From a virus: a stretch of 64,000 nucleotides of DNA. The position numbers were made by a program, and so were the translations under genes. Below, one piece after another: positions 61,022-64,000 of this stretch. The stretch lies in IMG/VR virus record IMGVR_UViG_3300025154_000073, positions 9,045 through 73,044 of that record; one strand, written 5' to 3'. The notes under the pieces are model-generated. The model was not told the origin of the DNA and did no database searches. It worked only from the letters and a program-made list of their open reading frames with translations. Numbering within the stretch: the first letter of the stretch is position 1; the number at the start of each line of letters is the position of its first letter.

Positions 61022-62145
61022 AAAGAATAGTGGTTGTTACAGACATGAATCCCTCTGGCTCTGGGTATCTGAATATCTCAGTACCCCTATTTATCCTGCT
61101 TTCCAAAGACTATGATATACGAATTATAGGGCTTGGGTATGCAGGACAGGAGAATAACTATCCCTTCTCGGTTTTGCCATGTAGAAGCACAGATGACGCT
61201 TTTGCTATGGTACACAATCTAATCACCCTCGCCCCCACCAATCCAGACATCATTATTGTAGCTCTGGACATTCCCATGCAGATTTCATTCTATGAGAAGT
61301 TTGCACAATACAAGAAACCTTACATTGCCATTACTCCATTGGAAAATCCCCCGCTCACGATGTCTTGGGCTGGACAGATGTTGGGAATGGATTGGGTGTT
61401 CTTTATCTCAGAGTTGGGTAAGCAGGCGGCTTTGGTTGCAGGACTCAAGAATGTTGACCATCTTGAAATAGGAATAGACTCTAACTTCTGGCGAGTACCT
61501 ACACCCGAAGAGAAACAAGGGCTTCGTAAAGGCATGGGCATTGCCGACGATGAGTATGTTATTCTGACGGTGGCAGACAACCAGGAACGCAAGAACTTAT
61601 GGGCGGCGATGTGTGTTACCGCAGAATTGAAGATAAAGGGTAGAAAGGTCAAACACATTCTAGTCACTCGTGTAGAGAGTCAATTCGGGTATAAGATACG
61701 TGACCTAGCCTTGACTCTGGATATAAACAAAGAACTTGTTACTATGAACAGGGGAATGCCGAAGGAAAATCTTTGGTCGTTGTACGCTATGTCGGACTGC
61801 TTTTTGCTCAGTTCCAAAGCTGAAGGTTTAGGCCTCCCAATTATGGAAGCAATGGCGAGCGGACTTCCTGTGGTCGCCACTGATACGGGAGCTATACATG
61901 AATTATTAGAAAATGGGAGGGGATTCCTAATTCCCGCCGAGTACGAGATGATTGACGTGTGGGGGAATGAGACCAGAAAGATGATGAGCATATCTTACGC
62001 CACCACCGTCATTGATGGGCTTATCTCCAAAGACAAACCAGAATACTCCATCCCCGCCCGTCAATTTATAGAGAGAAAATCGTGGAAAATACCCGCAATC
62101 CAATTGGGAATGAAAATTGAGGAATTGACACATGTCCAAGAATAG
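61018..62145 (+). CDS. Glycosyltransferase family 4
   Basis: NQERKN, EGLGLPIMEAMASGLPVVAT. Confidence 0.9.
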   Translation: MKRIVVVTDMNPSGSGYLNISVPLFILLSKDYDIRIIGLGYAGQENNYPFSVLPCRSTDDAFAMVHNLITLAPTNPDIIIVALDIPMQISFYEKFAQYKKPYIAITPLENPPLTMSWAGQMLGMDWVFFISELGKQAALVAGLKNVDHLEIGIDSNFWRVPTPEEKQGLRKGMGIADDEYVILTVADNQERKNLWAAMCVTAELKIKGRKVKHILVTRVESQFGYKIRDLALTLDINKELVTMNRGMPKENLWSLYAMSDCFLLSSKAEGLGLPIMEAMASGLPVVATDTGAIHELLENGRGFLIPAEYEMIDVWGNETRKMMSISYATTVIDGLISKDKPEYSIPARQFIERKSWKIPAIQLGMKIEELTHVQE

Positions 62146-62953
62146 AAAACACCGTGTTTACTCAAACACTCTCAAGCCCGCAGATATAGATGTCGTGGTC
62201 GTCACTGGCGGACGATGGGATTTTCTGAAAGAATGCCTTGAAGCACTCCGAAAACAGACTGTTCCGGTAAATGTCATTCTTCTCGATAATGCCTCGGACT
62301 TGACCGAGAGACAACAAAACAACGTTCTCTTTGAAGGACTGACCACGAAAAGGCTACAACAGAGTTTAGGATTTCCTGCCGCGAATAACGAGGGTGCAAG
62401 AATGGGGTCTGCCCCACTCATCCTATTTCTCAATGACGACTGCGTCCTGAAAGAGAATGCGATTGAGAAGATGGTAGAGACCATGAAAGACCCGACTATT
62501 GGAGTGTGTGGCGCAAAACTCCTATTCCCCACTGCCTCCACATCCCCCAATAGACCTGCGGGAAAAGTTCAGCATATTGGCATGGGACTAACTATTCGAG
62601 GAGACGTTGTTCATCCACTACTGGGATGGTCTGCCGATAATCCAAAATGCTGTATATCAAGAGATGTCTTTTGTGTGACGGGCGCATGTATGATGACCCG
62701 CAGAGACTTGTTTAGAAAAACAGGCGGCTTTGATCCTGTATTTGGCGCGGGCACTTTTGAGGATGTTGATTTATGCCTAAAGATAAGAGGGTTGGGGAAA
62801 AGAATCTTTGTAAACTGCGAAGCGCAAGGATTTCACTACGCGGGAGCTACGGTAGAAAAGAAGGGCGTAGGATTTCCACTGCAAATGAACAGCCTTATTT
62901 TTCAGGCAAGGTGGAGGGGTTCTCTTCAATGGGATGAGTGGATTTGGTATTAA
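62132..62953 (+). CDS. Glycosyltransferase family 2
   Basis: LDNAS, GFPAANN, FLNDD, VTGACM, FEDVDLCL. Confidence 0.9.
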   Translation: MSKNRKHRVYSNTLKPADIDVVVVTGGRWDFLKECLEALRKQTVPVNVILLDNASDLTERQQNNVLFEGLTTKRLQQSLGFPAANNEGARMGSAPLILFLNDDCVLKENAIEKMVETMKDPTIGVCGAKLLFPTASTSPNRPAGKVQHIGMGLTIRGDVVHPLLGWSADNPKCCISRDVFCVTGACMMTRRDLFRKTGGFDPVFGAGTFEDVDLCLKIRGLGKRIFVNCEAQGFHYAGATVEKKGVGFPLQMNSLIFQARWRGSLQWDEWIWY

Positions 62954-63131
62954 TCCGCTGCACGCTTTGGTAGAGGGCGGGTACATTTCTTCCCACCACG
63001 TATATTTCCACTCGTTATAAACACGCCACAAATCCCAGGCGTGAGTAAATGCCTGCTCATGCCTATCGCATAACTCGCAGGTTCGATCATAAGGATTTCG
63101 ATATTTCCATTTGTGCATGATAGCCTTCTAA
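62954..63131 (-). mobile_element. Second copy of cassette A, attC truncated
   Basis: 172/180 identity to 14660-14839; identity ends one base beyond the G|TT boundary. Confidence 0.85.
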
Positions 63132-63252
63132 CTTTTGCGTGAGATTGATCCGTATGGACATTTCATAATAGAAAGTATACATCATTATTGTGATTTTTCA
63201 TTAATTCCAAATTAGAGTTTGAACACTCGTAAAAACTGATTATAATTACTCC

Positions 63253-63924
63253 ATGCAGACATACCCACATTCCTCGGCAATCATTTTAACAAATTCTATT
63301 TTTCAGTTATACGGCGGACAAACGGGGTCTTTTGTTCAGGCTCAACTTGACGCCGCCTATCGCATAGCCGAGCAACAGGCGACAATTTATCTAGGAACTT
63401 TACTGCTTCCCACCATTGTTACGGGGACTTTCGGACACTCTCCGAGGATTGTCACAGACTATGGATATGTCAGTCAAATACTTGCAGTAAACTTCCTGAG
63501 TAAAGATAACCTGACTGCATGTACTCTGAAATCGGATAGTGGTTGCGCTTTTATTTTTGAAGATACGTTTGGTTATCTTGATGTTTCATGTCTCACGAAC
63601 TATTGTAACTGTTCAAATTTATATAGTCCGTACCAGATTCAAGTGGCCTACGAAGCCGGTCTGCCAACTGGTGTAGCAACTCAGCCCGCAGCACTTCTGG
63701 CATTGACAATGGCGGCTCAGATAAGTTTGAACGAGATGAGTTTTCCGTCCGCCAACGAAACAACTGGAGATGTCGGAGTGCAGGAATTTAGTAGTTTAGG
63801 ATATTCCGAAAAACGTGTGCCTCTTGGCAGAAATGCGTTCGGCAGTTCTGCAAAAAGCCAAAAAATCGCGCAACTATTAAGCTCTACGATTCGTCGTGCT
63901 TTGCCGCGTCTTTACTTGAGGTAA
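63253..63924 (+). CDS. Putative head-completion / head-tail adaptor protein
   Basis: QVAYEAGLP motif; structural module resumes after the sugar island. Confidence 0.5.
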   Translation: MQTYPHSSAIILTNSIFQLYGGQTGSFVQAQLDAAYRIAEQQATIYLGTLLLPTIVTGTFGHSPRIVTDYGYVSQILAVNFLSKDNLTACTLKSDSGCAFIFEDTFGYLDVSCLTNYCNCSNLYSPYQIQVAYEAGLPTGVATQPAALLALTMAAQISLNEMSFPSANETTGDVGVQEFSSLGYSEKRVPLGRNAFGSSAKSQKIAQLLSSTIRRALPRLYLR

Positions 63925-64000
63925 TCAATGCCAGCGGGTTACAATCGCATCTGTGAATTAATTTCCTTCTCGTACCCCTCCGATGATTCTAGCGGCGGGG

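Larger units (their letters stand above)
9990..62162. repeat. Dispersed 19-bp palindrome AGWAWACAC-S-GTGTWTWCT, about 19 copies
   Basis: Copies start at 9990, 14960, 17588, 19170, 19454, 22520, 27061, 28984, 31898, 32661, 35803, 37415, 38152, 42203, 43979, 49151, 51588, 60403, 62144; half-sites near 18184 and 40471. Confidence 0.9.

Noticed and set aside
1-64000. Alternative genetic code
   Set aside because: Standard code gives dense, full-length genes; the one in-frame TAA at 38822 is isolated

Overview
A 64-kb stretch of a tailed dsDNA phage genome. The host is inferred to be Chloroflexota-like, from the SSB style, a GAAC-N4-GTTC SOS box and a Thr/Pro-linker secreted protein. Layout: tail and lysis genes (+, 1-8986); a long leftward early/replication arm (-, 9066-35745) with methyltransferase, NinG, primase, DnaB-like helicase, SSB, ERF and many small ORFs; a divergent control region near 35.8 kb beside a LexA-like wHTH gene; then rightward terminase, portal, protease/scaffold and capsid genes, a ~13-kb sugar-modification island and a head-completion gene. 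No integrase, cas, tRNA or rRNA gene was recognised. Four non-coding signals stand out. (1) Five integron-type gene cassettes with attC-like hairpins and G|TT boundaries at three loci, plus a truncated second copy of one of them 48 kb away. (2) A type I-E CRISPR repeat-spacer-repeat that sits exactly between the N- and C-terminal remnants of an HNH-like endonuclease gene. (3) A 19-bp palindrome (AGWAWACAC-S-GTGTWTWCT) present about 19 times. (4) Three promoter-proximal leaders sharing one alternative-pairing architecture. All protein calls come from motif recognition by eye; no searches were run.
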